Shown here: positions 61,968 through 64,000 of the stretch, piece by piece
How positions within the stretch are numbered: the stretch's first letter is position 1
How the letters are laid out: each line of letters starts with the position of its first letter
Origin: Escherichia coli
Lineage (GTDB): Bacteria; Pseudomonadota; Gammaproteobacteria; Enterobacterales; Enterobacteriaceae
Length of the DNA stretch: 64,000 nt
Assembly (NCBI RefSeq): GCF_001677475.2
Contig: NZ_CP015229.1
Reading direction: 5' to 3' (one strand)
Program-made: the position numbers and the translations under genes
The notes under the pieces: generated by a model
Databases searched by the model: none
What the model saw: only the letters and a program-made list of their open reading frames with translations
Told to the model about the DNA's origin: nothing

Positions 61968-62324
61968 TTGTCAAAAAAAATGACGGGGATAACCATATTT
62001 TATGGCGATAACATCATTCGTTATGTGGTTAATACAAAAAAGGGGCTGAGACCATATTTCAAGCAATTACCGGATAATTACCAGGCAAAATTTGAGTTAA
62101 ATTTAATGAGCAAGTTCTCAAATTTTATTATAAATAAACCATTTTCAGCGATAAATAATGCGGCACGTCACATTTTTTCACGCTATTTGTTGGAGAACAA
62201 ACATTTATTTTATCAATATTTTAAAATTTCGAATACAGATATTGATCATCTCGAACAATTGATTAACGTCAACTTTTTCTCTTCTGACAGGACGTCATTT
62301 TGTGAATGCAATCGTTTTCCATAA
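61968..62324 (+). CDS. tdcR: tdc operon regulatory protein TdcR (true start uncertain; may be shorter than the 118-aa track ORF)
   Basis: ORF in track, divergent from tdcA, AT-rich. Confidence 0.5.
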   Translation: MSKKMTGITIFYGDNIIRYVVNTKKGLRPYFKQLPDNYQAKFELNLMSKFSNFIINKPFSAINNAARHIFSRYLLENKHLFYQYFKISNTDIDHLEQLINVNFFSSDRTSFCECNRFP

Positions 62325-62549
62325 ATTCTTCTCCCCTCACAGGCGACGAATAGCATTTTGTGTTGAGGATCACAAAACGAATAATTGCTGGTCGCTGCGA
62401 TAAGGTCAGACAAAGACAACAAGGGGAATTTTCACAGAGCTTTTGATCGGCGTAGGCCACAGAATGTTGCTTCGTTTACTGTAACGCCGGGTAAATGAGC
62501 GTTTTTTGATAGTGCGAAAGAACCCTGCGAGGAAAATAAGCATCTATTA

Positions 62550-63119
62550 TTGTTTGTCATGATGACAAGGCAGGCATCAATGAAAGGCTTCCCAATTGCA
62601 CATATTTTTCACCCTTCAATCCCGCCAATGCACGCAGTGGTTAACAATCACAATAGAAATATTGATTATTGGACGGTAAAAAGAAAGTTTGCAGAAATTG
62701 TCTCCACCAATGACGTTAATAAAATATACAGTATAAGTAATGAACTGCGGAGAGTATTATCTGCAATTACTGCATTGAATTTCTATCAAGGCGATGTTCC
62801 TTCTGTCATGATCCGAATCCAACCGGAAAATATGAGTCCATTCATCGTAAATATTTCTACAGGAGAACATGACGATTATATCATACAAACATTAGATGTA
62901 GGCACTTTTGCACCTTTTGGCGAACAATGTACTTGCTCAGCCGTCAATCAAAAAGAGCTGGAATGTATTAAGGAGACGATTTCTAAGTATTGTGCAAAAT
63001 TCACCCGAAAAGAAGCCATCTTAACCCCCTCTGCGTACTTTAATAAAACCTGCATTACTTCAGGTTGTTGGCAAATTCTCTATTTTTCACCCGATCATTT
63101 TAATAATGATTTTTATTGA
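62550..63119 (+). CDS. yhaB: Uncharacterized protein YhaB (start uncertain)
   Basis: ORF in track; AT-rich. Confidence 0.65.
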   Translation: MFVMMTRQASMKGFPIAHIFHPSIPPMHAVVNNHNRNIDYWTVKRKFAEIVSTNDVNKIYSISNELRRVLSAITALNFYQGDVPSVMIRIQPENMSPFIVNISTGEHDDYIIQTLDVGTFAPFGEQCTCSAVNQKELECIKETISKYCAKFTRKEAILTPSAYFNKTCITSGCWQILYFSPDHFNNDFY

Positions 63120-63140
63120 TTATTTATAAAGGATAAAATA

Positions 63141-64000
63141 ATGTTCCCTGTTTCATCAATTGGTAATGATATTAGTAGTGATTTAGTCCGTCGAAAAATA
63201 AATGACCTTCCTGGAAGCCCCATAGAAAATAACCTCGAAGCACTAGCACCAGGTATAGAAAAACTAAAACAGACCTCTATTGAAATGGTCACTTTACTTA
63301 ACGCATTACAACCAGGTGGGAAATGTGTTATCACTGGTGATTTTCAAAAAGAATTAGCGTACTTACAGAATGTAATTCTTTATAATGACTCGTCTCTTCG
63401 TATGGATTTTTTAGGTTATAACGCCCGAATTATCCAACGATCGGACAATACCTGTGCACTTACAATTAATGAACCGTTAAAAAACCAGGAAATATCTACA
63501 GGCAATATCAATGTTAATTGTCCATTAAAATATATTTACAATGAAATCAGGAGGTTAAGCGTAATCTTTAGTTGTGGAACTGGAGATATAGTTGATCTAT
63601 CCTCTCTGGACTTACGTAATGTCGATTTAGATTATTATGATTTCACAGATAAACATATGGCTAATACTATTTTAAATCCTTTTAAATTGGATTCAACAAA
63701 TTTTACTAATGCCAACATGTTTCAGGTTAATTTTGTTAGTTCAACACAAAACGCCACAATCTCCTGGGATTATTTACTAAAAATAACACCTGTTTTAACA
63801 AGCATTAGCGATATGTATTCTGAAGAAAAAATTAAGTTTGTCGAAAGTTGTTTAAATGAGCTTGGAGATATTACCGAAGAACAATTAAAAATTATGAGAT
63901 TTGCAATTATAAAATCTATACCAAGAGCAACTCTTACAGATAAATTAGAAAATGAATTAACAAAAGAAATATATAAAAGCTCATCGAAAATCAACAATTT
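63141..64000 (+). CDS. yhaC: Uncharacterized protein YhaC (K-12 ortholog is pentapeptide-repeat family), 3' end beyond window
   Basis: ATG at 63141 opens a frame running to the window end (MFPVSSIGNDISSDLVRRKINDL...). Confidence 0.7.
   Translation, partial: MFPVSSIGNDISSDLVRRKINDLPGSPIENNLEALAPGIEKLKQTSIEMVTLLNALQPGGKCVITGDFQKELAYLQNVILYNDSSLRMDFLGYNARIIQRSDNTCALTINEPLKNQEISTGNINVNCPLKYIYNEIRRLSVIFSCGTGDIVDLSSLDLRNVDLDYYDFTDKHMANTILNPFKLDSTNFTNANMFQVNFVSSTQNATISWDYLLKITPVLTSISDMYSEEKIKFVESCLNELGDITEEQLKIMRFAIIKSIPRATLTDKLENELTKEIYKSSSKINN

Overview
The window reads as an Escherichia coli-type chromosomal segment, colinear with the K-12 ileX/yqjH-aer-patA-ebg-ygjIJK-fadH-rlmG-alx-sstT-uxaCA-exuTR-yqj-yha-cyu-tdc-yhaBC region. 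All gene identifications come from reading the sequence and recalling protein families; no database search was run. Against that core backbone, three accessory insertions stand out. (1) Positions 1-4139 are the right-hand end of an integrative island at a tRNA-Ile2(CAU) (ileX-like) att site: a P4-family tyrosine integrase, an AT-rich cargo ORF translationally coupled to it, an AlpA-type regulator, an Arc/MetJ-like RHH repressor with paired palindromic operators, and a stop/start-coupled minus-strand operon of small proteins that runs off the window start. (2) About 2.1 kb between ygjK and fadH encodes a 513-aa protein built from three degenerate tandem repeats plus a proline/basic-rich tail; I cannot assign it to any family, and it is my best candidate for something undescribed. 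(3) A 5.1 kb AT-rich class-5 (CFA/I-like) chaperone-usher fimbrial operon lies between exuT and exuR. In addition, the higBA module found in K-12 between fadH and rlmG is absent, and a GC-rich structured element sits between alx and sstT. No CRISPR array, rRNA, IS transposase or complete tRNA was found.
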